NCBI GenBank assembly: GCA_016189025.1 | Contig: JACPGS010000019.1 | Location: 16,272 to 80,271, forward strand | Source: Candidatus Magasanikiibacteriota bacterium | GTDB lineage: Bacteria; Patescibacteriota; Patescibacteriia; Magasanikbacterales; GWA2-37-8 | Length of the DNA stretch: 64,000 bases | Direction: 5' to 3' | Shown here: positions 29,101 to 38,900 of the stretch, piece by piece | How positions within the stretch are numbered: the stretch's first letter is position 1 | Layout: each line of letters begins with the position of its first letter | Program-made: the position numbers and the translations under genes | The notes under the pieces: generated by a model | Database searches by the model: none | What the model saw: the letters and a program-made list of their open reading frames with translations, nothing else | Told to the model about the DNA's origin: nothing

Positions 29101-29573
29101 AAGGTGTGCCAAGCCCCATCGGCCAAGGAGAGATCAAGTTTGTAATAGAAAGTATTGCCGCGCCAGCCCGGAGTATTATCGGTGGCATAAGAAAGATAAA
29201 GATAGCCATTATTGATGCTGGTGTTATCGGTTTTAAGCATGACGAGGAAATTGGCGCGACTCTGGTATTTATAATCCCACTGGAGGATAGGGAAGCTGGG
29301 GAATTGCCAGGTGTTATTGGCGGGAGCGTAAAACACCATCCGTACCGAAGGAGAGCTGGCGGTAAGTGAGATTACCCGATCGTGAGCCGGGTCTTCATCC
29401 ACTATATTCTGAATTACCGAAGTGGTGCCGCTAGGATGAATAAACCAGGGGGCGGTGTCGCCGTCACTGCCGTCTTCGTAGACGACAATGTCGGCGGCCT
29501 GCGCCGGGAGGGGTGAATTTAACAAAACCAGGGCGAGCGTTAGGAGGGCGCTTAAATAGCGGCGGAATAGCAT
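26178..29573 (-). CDS. Secreted surface protein: two YEDGxDxDT modules, a carboxypeptidase-regulatory-like Ig domain and S-layer-like Thr/Ser/Ala-rich beta domains
   Basis: Signal peptide ending AQA-A; two near-identical ~170-aa modules; VSGTVTD...TDATGRY.L.GLPPGNY.L. Confidence 0.8.
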   Translation of the reverse strand: MLFRRYLSALLTLALVLLNSPLPAQAADIVVYEDGSDGDTAPWFIHPSGTTSVIQNIVDEDPAHDRVISLTASSPSVRMVFYAPANNTWQFPSFPILQWDYKYQSRANFLVMLKTDNTSINNGYLYLSYATDNTPGWRGNTFYYKLDLSLADGAWHTLTRNLQADVAAYAQGTTILGIQYFSSYGTGRIDNLALLKTVPLATVSGTVTDSQNNPLSGVAVGVAGNASVLTDATGRYGLPGLPPGNYQLVAQKQGYTFPNVAVTVDAAGTDVVANFSANAPLSSVIYEDGSDGDTNPWFIHPSGTTSVIQNIVDEDPAHGRVISLTASSPSVRMVFYAPANNPWQFPNFPVLQWDFKYQNQANFLIMLKTDYTDLNNGYLYLSYATNNIPGWRGNTLYYQIDPTVANSAWHTIARDLQQDVSAYSPNTRILGIQYFSAYGTGRLDNLLLRTAGGFSAGTLAQTTAADAPTGIVPDSATNLVLAKFLWQANGEDIKISSLNVSSTSGGSQDNALVNVRLKVDGSQVGSTIPMLTANGAPHNGWGSFGNSFILKAGATATVTIVADLTHTSIDAGEIITIALSAGYHNAYGMLSLGSINTAMQTGNPLTVRSGTVSLAMNTAFGDKSADNPTGTVNAAQIKVASFVITAGAGEDVEVSQITLADRTAYTCTGTYLQYLTLKDSTGKKLGQELNPATTCATVNTFTYNVSPAVSITNGGQYTVDVYADIKTTTLTATPLMNLTGVTATGKTTGASASLVGQTIRLQNVEISSSGAFMASVDSDSPVANNYLMGDINQTIAKFALQASSTEPIKITQFVVSARFSPGATGTMKNVRLVDDATDAQIGGTVSAFSDSVAGTAAATSTYSHATFTGLNLEVPKGATKKIKLVVDFTAFGELGAASTGQTVEPVILSAFNVGSITPFTAVGTQSGVSITPTVSFLTNANQYGLSRGAYAPTTTLYRAKLTVGWDANSPTGASSPNSAQIVGIFTIINKANVEGHTAMVQLMNFNFGTTISQAAGVGATRALTVYKDSVATANQLATTNYAATQTFASANSGNSALRDANFTDFQISSGASKTIYITLDTTDAATKTTTNPNPSLSVRIGSRQVTWGDGVSTNITAMGTDLPLQAKTLTY

Positions 29574-29723
29574 ATTAACCAGGCGAATTAAAGGTTATTT
29601 AGGCGGGTTGTAACCGCGTTTTGTTCGCTAAAGATAGTAAACGACAAATTATAGCATAAGTCAATGCCGGCGTCAAGGGCAGGCAGAGGCGGTGGAGTTA
29701 TCCGCAGGTATCCCTTGGCAACA

Positions 29724-29792
29724 TGTCATTCCCGCCGCAAGCGGGAATCCAGTATCGGTGAGCGACTGGATCCCCGTTTTGACGGGGATGAC
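29724..29792. repeat. REP-like palindrome, same family as the valS insertion
   Basis: tgtcattcccgccgcaagcgggaatccagt...actggatccccgttttgacggggatgaca. Confidence 0.85.
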
Positions 29793-29847
29793 AAATAGTG
29801 GGTGAACCAAACGCCATGATTTACGTCGCAATGGGATACGTGTGGAG

Positions 29848-29893
29848 TTATCCACAAGTACACCTTGACGGGTTAACTATAAAGAATTACTCT
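29848..29893 (+). promoter_or_regulatory. DnaA-box-like motif plus sigma70 promoter for the toxin operon
   Basis: TTATCCACA AGTACACC TTGACG-N17-TACTCT, nearly identical to 19863-19885. Confidence 0.6.
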
Positions 29894-30010
29894 TAAAGTA
29901 GAAAAGATGTTTCGGTCGGGCTGGTTGGTTCGTTTTCCTTGCCCTTGCTTTTGTTATTGCTAAAGAGGTATACTAGGGTGGAGAGCGCACAAAATTTAAG
30001 TTTTTCAGGT

Positions 30011-33000
30011 ATGACGACAGCAGCCAGGCGAATCATTGTTTGGGCAGTCATTGTCCAGTTAGTTTTTTTGCCGCTGGCGCCGCTCTGGGCGCAAGAAGCG
30101 GCAGTTGCCCCGTCGGGCAGCGTTCCCCAGGCCAGCGCCCCTGATTCTTTTGGCGCCGCCTCTCTGTTACCATCAGTTAATACCGGCACGTTAAATGTTG
30201 CCGGTTTTAATTTACCGGCTGATTCCACCGCCGCTGCCCCCAGTACTACTATTAATATCGTTAATCCTGGCAATCTCGGCAGCGATAATCAAGTCGGCAA
30301 TGCGGCGCCGGAGATGGCAACTTCCACCCCCGCAGGAGCGGCCACTCCCTTGCCTTCCTATTCGTCTTTAATGCGCCAGGTCAAAGACATCAAAGCAGGC
30401 AAGATTAAGAATGATGGATCAGTCGCTGCCGCATTTAAAGCCTTTATTGAAGCGGAAGAGAAAAAATTGGATCAGCTGGGGGTGGATTCAGATAAGCAAG
30501 AGCGATATTTTACCTTGCTTAAACAGCAATGGCGCGCGGTGGGCGGCAGTCCCGCTTTAACGACTTGGGAAAAGGCTTCGCAAAAATTACGCGGAATTTT
30601 TGGCCTGACCGAAACCACCGAAGAAGCGGCCACGCCGCCGGAGGACAACATCTTAATTCCCCGGCAGCCCGGCTCGTTTAAATTTAATGATGAGAAAATA
30701 ATCGTTGAATCTCTAAATAGCGCGGCCAATAAACCGAAGCCGGCGCCCTTAAGCTGGTGGCGCAATATTTTTTGGGTTGACTCGGCAGTAGCGGCCGATG
30801 ACCCGAATTTACCCCAACTGGCGGACGTTCAACCAGACAATGGCGAGGTGGTGATTAACTCGGAAATAATGGATTTAGCCGGTTCCCTCAATAATAATCC
30901 GGTGAAGATTTTGAACTATGTAAGAAATAATGTTAGTTACGTACCGTATTATGGCGCCAAAAAAGGGAGCCTCGGTTGTTTAAGAGAAAAAGTTTGCAAT
31001 GATGTGGACGCCTCGTCTTTGCTGATTGCTCTCTTGCGTGCCGGCGGTATCCCCGCTCGCTATAAAAAAAGTCTGGCGCTGTTTCCGGTGGGCCAGCTAA
31101 ACAATTTTCTGGGGGTAGATGAAACCAAAACTGCTTTTGCGGCGCTGGCTTTGAATAAAGTGCCGGTGTACACCATCAACAGCGTTAATGCCGGCAAAAC
31201 CCTGGCGGATGCCGATTTTTCCCTGGAAACCCAATTAGCCGTGGAATGGGTATTTGCGGAGGCTTTTTATGATTATGACCAGCGCGGCGGCGATATTGAT
31301 AATCAGCTTAGTTTTACCGATGCCACCACTACGGCGGCAGTGCAGCTGGCACTCGGCGGATCTCCCAAAAAACAATGGCTGGCGCTGGACGCAGTGGTTA
31401 AGCCGTCTACCCGCCTAAAAAAAGAAATCGTCGCGGATACGGCGCAGTTTGATACCCAGAGTTTTTGGAACAACTATCTTTCCTATCAAGGCAGTTTATC
31501 GCCGCTTAATAAATATATTGATGATCTTGCCAGCGCTACCGGCAAAAATATTACTGATCCGGCTTATCAGTCGGTGAAAATCCCCGCCAGCGCGGATTTG
31601 CCCTATCTGCCCCCCACTTTGCCGTATTATACCCGCACCGGTTCAGTGGGCGGTTCGCTAATCCAGCCCGAGGCCTGGTCGGTGTTGCCTGCTAGTTTAC
31701 GTCAGCAGGTAACCATCAGTTTGCGCAAAGCGGCGGATAATAGTGTAGTGTTGCAGCATACTTTTTTTGGCAATGAAATCAATAATGTGGAGTTGAATTT
31801 GAATTATGAAGGCGCCACCGACCAAGACCGGCAAATTATTGACAGCTATGGCGGTATTGCCTATACGCCGGCGGCTTTGGCCAGCCTTAAGCCGTATTTA
31901 GAAAGCGAGGGAGCGCGCTATGATTCCACCGCCGTTCTCCAGGTTGGCGATACCCTGATTCTGGAGTTTAATTATTTAGTGCAAGGACAAAGCGTTTATT
32001 TAGACGAAAAGTTTTCCCTGGCCGGCAATCAAGAGGGTATTTATATCGTATTATCCAAAGTTCAGGATGACCCGGCGCTAGATACCAATTCTCATATTCT
32101 GTTGCGCGGCAACACCGGGCTGGCGCGCAAGTATTTACTGCAAGATGAGCAGAGCGGTAGGTTGTTGGGAAAGTCGCTGGATTATGAGTTTCATTTCTCT
32201 TTTGTGCGCGCGGTGGTAACGCAAAACCGCGTGCTTGCCAAGGTCAACGGTCTGCCCACCACCTTTGACTTCCAGGGGCTGACCTTGGATTCCAGCACCT
32301 ATATTACCGACTATTCCAATCGCGGCGATTACCGCACTCACCAAAAAGATTTCCGGCTCCTGTGGGGGCTGAACAGCTCGTATTACGAGGGGCAGCTACT
32401 GGAAGATATTACCGGTTTGCAGAGCATTGCTACGGTCCAGGGATTGCAGTACGCCTACGCCCACCCGGCCGATTACACTGTTTATACCATCGCCAGCACC
32501 ACGCCCAATTACCAGTCGCTGGTAAGTTCGCTGGCGCTGTCTGACGCCACGAAAAACAACATAATTTGGGAAATCCAGCAGGGCAATACCGTGATTACGC
32601 CCGATAAAATAATCACTGACGGCATTTGGCGAGGCGTGCTTTATATTGTTCGGCGCCCGGATTTTACCGCCCAGTTCGCGATTGGCGAGCAGGTGAGCAA
32701 TGGGGGGTGGACGACGGATGGATACGAGATAATTTTGGTGTTAATTGATGGCAAGGAGTACGCGCGCTTTAAGAATGAGGGAGTAAACGATAATTTTGTA
32801 TTTGCTGATGGCATCTTTGGTGCTGATGATAAAAAATGTCGCATGCCTAAGACACAGTTTTTGGGTATTATGAATAATCAGAATAATGAAGGCTGGCAAC
32901 CGGCATATGGTCTACCTTGCTTGACTGAAACCAAACAGTTTGGCTCGGTAAATCATACCTATATTTTAACCACCGAGGCGGCTAAATTCTACAGTCCAAG

Positions 33001-34639
33001 TAAGTATGATTATTGGGTAACAGAAGCGAATGCTAAGAATATTTTGAGCAATGATAAGGATAAGGACAATACCGAAAACTTGAGTGATATTAAGTTAGAT
33101 AGTACTTTTAAATTTAACCCTATCGCTGGGACATATTCTTGGTTCGGGCACTATGGCTGGCGAGGCAAAATGATCACCGCCTATTATCAACCTACCAGCC
33201 AGGGTGGAGCGGGGCGCATGGTTTATGGCGATATTTTAGATAAACTTACGCAAGCGCACTTTAATCCCCAGAGCTATCTTTGTTCTTCACGAGACACCTA
33301 TTGCGGAAAGGAGAACTATGTGTTGAATACGATAGGTTTTCCCACTGGGAACAAAAGAGTAGCGGCACCATTCATTATAAATTGGGGGATTGACACCCAA
33401 GGTTATTATCAGGATTTTATCGGCGGACAGGTATATGTAAAAACCAGCGGTAGAAATAAAATTTACTATGTTCCCGGCAAAATTTCAGAGTATTACAATA
33501 ACCAGCAGAACTGCCGCCTAGTTAATGGTCAAACAGTCTGCGGCAGTGGAGGGGTGTTTGGGTTTCCCACCAGTGACCCTTATCTAAAAAACGACAAAAT
33601 TACCTTAAAACAAACTTTTGAGAGCGAAGCAATTGTGTGGAATACGCAAACTGGTGCCACCGGCCCTGAATATGCCGCCTATTATTATTGTGATGAAGTT
33701 GATACCAATAGTAATTTTATCATCGGCAAAGCACTTCTGCATGGTTTATGGGACGGCGGAAGTTCTTTAGCCAAAGGCGCGATTATTTTTGGCGCCACCG
33801 CCTTTGCCGCCGGGGCCACAATTGATTTTGTATTTGGCACTCATGGCGGCGCCACCATTGCCGCTTGGAGTGCCATTGGTATTGGAGCCACAATAGGTGT
33901 GGCAGAGGTTTATCGGCAGGGAGTTAGTAATGTTTTTGCCAATGTCGACCAACGAATTCAATATGAATTTGAGCATTCCAACTGTACAGCCCGTAAAGCA
34001 TATTTGTTTTCCCGGTATGTGCCAGAAGCGGCAGTGATAGTTTTGGGGATTAAGGATTTAGCTGTTAAAACACCGTCTGAATTACGCGGTATCACTCTTA
34101 CTAATAATATTTTTACTGCTTCCCAAAGCGAGGTCTTGCCGAGGATGAAGAGTGCGTTTATTCAGAATTTGGGCTTTTTTGACAGAGTATTCAGAAGAGG
34201 TGAGGCGGATAGAACAAAAATTATTGAGGATATTGATCTAAAAGTGCAGTCTGAATTGGCGACACAGACTAAGATAAAGGGCACATCATTGACACAAGAA
34301 GAAGAGAGTTCGGTAATAACCAAAGAGTATACAAAAGACTTATCACAAAATAAGTTAGTTGTTAAGAAAATTACAGAAGAAGTGGAACCGACACTAGATC
34401 GAATCACCCGAGGGGAAAAGTATCCCTGGCAAAATGATGGCAGTATATATAAAAATATTTCCCCAGCTGATAGCGGGAGGCCGCCAATCATGAATGATCC
34501 TAATTATTATACTGAGTATGTACACCCCACATATGGTTTGCAATTGGGTGACCCAGGGCTACAAAGGGTGATTATTGGTAAGGGTGGAGAAGTTTATTTT
34601 ACCGCCGATCATTATCACAATTTTATCCGACTAAAATAG
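30011..34639 (+). CDS. Secreted polymorphic toxin: transglutaminase-like core, LGFP-like repeats, hydrophobic hairpin, C-terminal microbial (RNase Sa/barnase-like) ribonuclease
   Basis: Signal peptide; PYYGAKKGS..CLREKVCNDVDASSLLIALLRAGGIPARY; GFPT motifs; C-terminus TLDRI.RG..YP..NDGSIYKN...YYTEY...PGLQRVIIGKGGEVYFTADHYHNF. Confidence 0.85.
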   Translation: MTTAARRIIVWAVIVQLVFLPLAPLWAQEAAVAPSGSVPQASAPDSFGAASLLPSVNTGTLNVAGFNLPADSTAAAPSTTINIVNPGNLGSDNQVGNAAPEMATSTPAGAATPLPSYSSLMRQVKDIKAGKIKNDGSVAAAFKAFIEAEEKKLDQLGVDSDKQERYFTLLKQQWRAVGGSPALTTWEKASQKLRGIFGLTETTEEAATPPEDNILIPRQPGSFKFNDEKIIVESLNSAANKPKPAPLSWWRNIFWVDSAVAADDPNLPQLADVQPDNGEVVINSEIMDLAGSLNNNPVKILNYVRNNVSYVPYYGAKKGSLGCLREKVCNDVDASSLLIALLRAGGIPARYKKSLALFPVGQLNNFLGVDETKTAFAALALNKVPVYTINSVNAGKTLADADFSLETQLAVEWVFAEAFYDYDQRGGDIDNQLSFTDATTTAAVQLALGGSPKKQWLALDAVVKPSTRLKKEIVADTAQFDTQSFWNNYLSYQGSLSPLNKYIDDLASATGKNITDPAYQSVKIPASADLPYLPPTLPYYTRTGSVGGSLIQPEAWSVLPASLRQQVTISLRKAADNSVVLQHTFFGNEINNVELNLNYEGATDQDRQIIDSYGGIAYTPAALASLKPYLESEGARYDSTAVLQVGDTLILEFNYLVQGQSVYLDEKFSLAGNQEGIYIVLSKVQDDPALDTNSHILLRGNTGLARKYLLQDEQSGRLLGKSLDYEFHFSFVRAVVTQNRVLAKVNGLPTTFDFQGLTLDSSTYITDYSNRGDYRTHQKDFRLLWGLNSSYYEGQLLEDITGLQSIATVQGLQYAYAHPADYTVYTIASTTPNYQSLVSSLALSDATKNNIIWEIQQGNTVITPDKIITDGIWRGVLYIVRRPDFTAQFAIGEQVSNGGWTTDGYEIILVLIDGKEYARFKNEGVNDNFVFADGIFGADDKKCRMPKTQFLGIMNNQNNEGWQPAYGLPCLTETKQFGSVNHTYILTTEAAKFYSPSKYDYWVTEANAKNILSNDKDKDNTENLSDIKLDSTFKFNPIAGTYSWFGHYGWRGKMITAYYQPTSQGGAGRMVYGDILDKLTQAHFNPQSYLCSSRDTYCGKENYVLNTIGFPTGNKRVAAPFIINWGIDTQGYYQDFIGGQVYVKTSGRNKIYYVPGKISEYYNNQQNCRLVNGQTVCGSGGVFGFPTSDPYLKNDKITLKQTFESEAIVWNTQTGATGPEYAAYYYCDEVDTNSNFIIGKALLHGLWDGGSSLAKGAIIFGATAFAAGATIDFVFGTHGGATIAAWSAIGIGATIGVAEVYRQGVSNVFANVDQRIQYEFEHSNCTARKAYLFSRYVPEAAVIVLGIKDLAVKTPSELRGITLTNNIFTASQSEVLPRMKSAFIQNLGFFDRVFRRGEADRTKIIEDIDLKVQSELATQTKIKGTSLTQEEESSVITKEYTKDLSQNKLVVKKITEEVEPTLDRITRGEKYPWQNDGSIYKNISPADSGRPPIMNDPNYYTEYVHPTYGLQLGDPGLQRVIIGKGGEVYFTADHYHNFIRLK

Positions 34640-34683
34640 CGGCGGCAGATTGCTTAAAGTTATTGTTTTTATCTATCACTATT

Positions 34684-35313
34684 ATGGAAAATTTTGCAGA
34701 TTTGAAGAAATTTGAAAATCGTGAGTCTCTGAAAAGAGATTTAGAAAATCGGGGTATTATTTTTAGTGATGGTTTAACTGGCCAAGAGATTACGCATGCG
34801 GAGAAAAAATTTAAGTTTAATTTTCCGCCCGACTTAAAAATGTTTCTTCAACATGCATTGCCAATCGCTAGAAAAGAGCGAGATGAATCGTTTTTTCCCG
34901 ATTGGAGGCATTTGAATAGTGATAGTTTGAATTTTTATATGGGTCTTCCATTAGAGGGAATATTGTTTGATGTTGAAAACAATAACTTCTGGTTGCCTGA
35001 ACTGGAACAGAAACCGCAAGATAGCGAGAAAGCAAAAAAGATTATGATTGAAGCTGTTAATAAAGCCCCAAAATTGATTCCTATTTATGCACACCGGTAT
35101 CTTCCCGCTGAGCCGCTTGAAGAAAATAACCCTATTTTTAGCGTGCATCAGACGGACATTATTTATTACGGATCATATTTGTATGATTATTTTCAAGTCG
35201 AATTTAATAAAAGGGTCTATGCAAGTAGTGGCGTAAAGCCGAAAAAAATAAAATTTTGGAGTGCAATTATAGAAAGCAATACCGGCCGGAGTGAATCGAT
35301 GCTGGCTCCATAG
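34684..35313 (+). CDS. SMI1/KNR4 (SUKH) family immunity protein
   Basis: GLTGQEITHAEKKFKFNFPPDLKMFL, FPDWR, APKLIPIYAHRY, NPIFSVHQTDIIYYG; directly after the toxin. Confidence 0.82.
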   Translation: MENFADLKKFENRESLKRDLENRGIIFSDGLTGQEITHAEKKFKFNFPPDLKMFLQHALPIARKERDESFFPDWRHLNSDSLNFYMGLPLEGILFDVENNNFWLPELEQKPQDSEKAKKIMIEAVNKAPKLIPIYAHRYLPAEPLEENNPIFSVHQTDIIYYGSYLYDYFQVEFNKRVYASSGVKPKKIKFWSAIIESNTGRSESMLAP

Positions 35314-35566
35314 TCCCGCTATAACCACCGCCACGATAATTTGCCACTCTGTCGATGTCCATTATGGTCAAGATTATAGCTATTTTGGTGGTCAAAAAGC
35401 AGCACAAGCGATATTAAATGGCAATGTGGTGTATTTGGTAGGTAATGATGTGTTGAAAATATATAATGCACAGGGTGGCGTTTGTGGGATATTAGGGTCA
35501 CCAATTAGCGAGTTTGATTCTGTCACTAGATCGCAACGTTTCGAAAACGGTGTTATATCGTTATAG
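35314..35566 (+). pseudogene. Orphan fragment with LGFP-like repeat (possible remnant of an alternative toxin C-terminus)
   Basis: IYNAQGGVCGILGSPISE...SQRFENGVI resembles GSGGVFGFPTSD...QTFE in the toxin; no good start codon. Confidence 0.45.
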
Positions 35567-35596
35567 TAACTACTCTCATTTTCATTTATTACACAT

Positions 35597-35914
35597 ATGT
35601 TAGAAAAAATGCACAGTAAAATTTACCATCTATTCATGCCGAATATTTATAAGATTGTTATATTTATTATAATGAGCTTTATCACAATTTATGCTATAGG
35701 AATTTCTTTTTCCCTTGCGTTGACGGATGTGGAGGAAAAATTTAGCACAATCAACGGCATTATTAGCATATTTTTTGTATGGCCGTTATTGGCTATCGGC
35801 AATTTGATAGCGGGCTTAAGTTTAAATATCATATATATTTATATATTGAGTTGCATAATCTATTTTTCATTATTCTGGTTAAAAAATAAGCTGAAACAAG
35901 AAAAAGAAAATTAG
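35597..35914 (+). CDS. Small multi-TM membrane protein (possible orphan immunity protein)
   Basis: Very AT-rich, two to three hydrophobic helices, Lys-rich C-terminus. Confidence 0.6.
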   Translation: MLEKMHSKIYHLFMPNIYKIVIFIIMSFITIYAIGISFSLALTDVEEKFSTINGIISIFFVWPLLAIGNLIAGLSLNIIYIYILSCIIYFSLFWLKNKLKQEKEN

Positions 35915-35917
35915 TAT

Positions 35918-38900
35918 ATGCCCAAACTTAAAAAAATTCTTGTTTGGTTTACGGTATTCGCCAATCTGGCGTTTAATTTTACGCTGGGCGGGCAAGTATT
36001 GGCGCTAGGCGCATCGGTTTCTGATTCTCAAAAAGCGTCTGTGGCTGAAATTGCGTCCCAACCCAAGGCCTCAGCCGCGCTCAATCGGGCAAGTATCAGC
36101 GGGGACACGGACAGTCCGGTGATTGATTTAACCACGGCGCCGCGTTGGCAGCCGAAAAAATTAATACCGGTAACGCCGGGATCGGCCCAGGTAAAAGCAG
36201 AGGCAATCAGATATCAAGAGGCGCCGGCCTCGCCCCGGGCCTTGCGGGGGGCGACCATTAAACAGTTATGGCAGAAAAAATCCGAGGCCGAGCGGAAAAA
36301 TGTATCAGCCGGGCAGTCTAAGTCCGTCAGTTTTAGCCAATGGAACCGATTGGTGGCTTGGGTGGGTAAGATGCTCGGGCCAACTCCGGCGCGGGCCGCC
36401 ACGCCGCTCATCGCCTATGAGGCCGGCATTGAACAGCGGCCGCTGGATTATGCTTTGTATTATTTAGCCAATCAGCAAAATCCCAATGGATCGTTTGGCG
36501 CGGCTAATGTTTATGAGGCCACGGCCGAGATGGTTTTCTTTCTTAATGACATCGGCCGCACCGCCAATGATCAGTATCTGCCGGCGCTTAATTATATTTT
36601 GAATACTACGCCGACCACGACGCGCGCCCAAGCGTTGAAAGCCAGAATAGTTGCCGGCCTGGGGCAAAACGCGACCCCGTTACTGGATGAAATCGTTTCC
36701 AGCCAAAACGCGGACGGCGGCTATGGGTTGTTGCCAGGCTACGAAAGCGATCTAGTAACTACTTTAGAGGTCGCGCTGGCTTTGCGGGCGGCCAATTATC
36801 AGCCGGCGGACCGGCAGACGGAAGCGTTATGGTTTGCGCTTAATCAGATTCCTGCTTCCGGAGAATTGCGTTATGCCGCCGTCAGCCCGCCCAGTTATTA
36901 TTTGATTAACAAAACGGCGCAAAATTTGCAGCCATTCCAAGGTTTGACAATTACCGACAGCCAGTCACAAATCACGGTGGCGGTTAATGATAAAGTGAAT
37001 GCCTTGCTGGGGTATTTGAGTTCGCAATACGATGCGTCATCCGGACGCTTGTTGGGAGCGGCCGATGTGCTGGATGAAATTATGACGGCGCAAACCTGGC
37101 GCCGTTACGGGGTGGAATTAATTAATTGGCACGCCTTGCGTCAATCAATTTTAAGCCAACAGCAAACCGACGGCTCGTTTATGAACTCGGTGCTGGCTAC
37201 CGAGCAGGGCATTGACGCCACGGCCTTGCCGGATTTGTCTTTGGTAGATCATATCAATACCACTCCTTTGGTTAATAAAAATAACGTTACTTGGCAGGTT
37301 ACCGTTACCAATGCGGGTTATGCCTCTAACGGTCAGGCCCGGCTTAATTTGGTGGCGGATAATGTTTGGGTGAGCACGGTGGATTTTGCGGGTCAGGGGA
37401 TAGTAGTCCCGCCCAACAGCACCGTAACTTTGAATATTAACGTGGCCGATACCACCGGATTGATTGGCGATACGGAAATCAAGTATTATCTTAGCGACGC
37501 GGAAGAGCTGAATTACGACAATAACTGGCTGGCCAAGCATTTTACTTTTGCCTCGGCCGCCGATGGTTCCCCGGCCTTGCCGCTTTATTATATTGCGCAA
37601 AAATGGGAGATCGGAAACGACCCGGCGGTGAACGTGCGCTGGCAGCGAAAAAGCGACCCGCAGCGGTTTAATTACGTATTTATGTACCGGGAGAAAGGAA
37701 CGGGACAGTGGAATTTTGCCTCTTTGGATAATTCTTTAGCCGGGGCATTTTTATCTCCTTTTGGCGAAGGGATAACTTACGAGATAACCATTGGGACAGT
37801 GCATTTAGACCAGCAAACCATAACTTATTTTAATAATTTAAGCGAGGTTACCACTAGCGCCGATCCCAATAAATTTATGGGTCAGGTGAGCGGCACGGTG
37901 GGTGATGCGTTTCAGAAGTTCCCTAATTTAAACACCACGGCCTACGGCGCCGGCGCTCTCACTGACAGTCAGTCAGCGTTTGTTTATGCGAAGATGGAAA
38001 ACGGTACTTCTGCGGCGCAGGTTGACGCCGCGCCCCATGAGTCAATCAGGAAAAAATTCGCAGTGGCAGTTGGTGCCACCACTACGGTGGCTCTTCCCAC
38101 CCGGTTAAAAGAGGATACCGTAGCGCCGCAGATTACCTACTTAGCCATTCCTTTAAGTAATTTCCTGATTAAAAATCAAACCGAAGCTAGCCTTAGCGCC
38201 AGCGTCTCGGATAATGTGGCGGCCAAGGAAGTTGATTTTTACTATTGGGATCCCGGTCCGGGCGCCTGGTTATTTTTGGGCACCGCCGAGGTAAGGAGCG
38301 GCGGGGCTTCGTTTTTGTGGTATGTGCCGGCAGATTTGCTGGGGGTGGGTTATAAAATAAAAGCAGTGGCCCGGGATTATCGCGGCAATGTATCGGCGCC
38401 CCAAGAGTGGGGTCCGTTCCAGATTATTGACGGCAGCCCGCCCGCCCGCACCATCTCCGGCACAATCAGATATTACGACGGTGTAAAAACAGTGCCCAAT
38501 GCCACGGTAATTTTACAAAATGATGTTGGCGCGCAATTAGCCGCCACCACTACCGACAGCAACGGCAGGTATCAATTTACCGGTGTGGCCGATGGCGGCG
38601 CTTACGGGGTGACGGTAACCTCAACCGACATGAGCACCAATGGCGTTGATAGTGCTGATCAGACCAAGATCGGCAGGCACATTGTTGGTTTGGAGCCTTT
38701 TGATTCCATTTACAAAATAATTGCCGGGGATGTTAATGATAGCGGTGGTCTTACTAGTGCTGATCAGGGAAAGATCGGCCGGTTTATCACTGGCCTTGAT
38801 GTGAACCTGCCTTCCGGTATTTGGAAGTTTTATGATGCCAGCGTTGTTTTAACTTCCGCCAATTATTTAACCACCGGTTTAGCCAAAACATATACCAACT

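Noticed and set aside
35918-37240. Active squalene-hopene cyclase or prenyltransferase
   Set aside because: Only QW-type structural repeats are visible, with no DxDD motif, and the protein is secreted; a scaffold role is more likely
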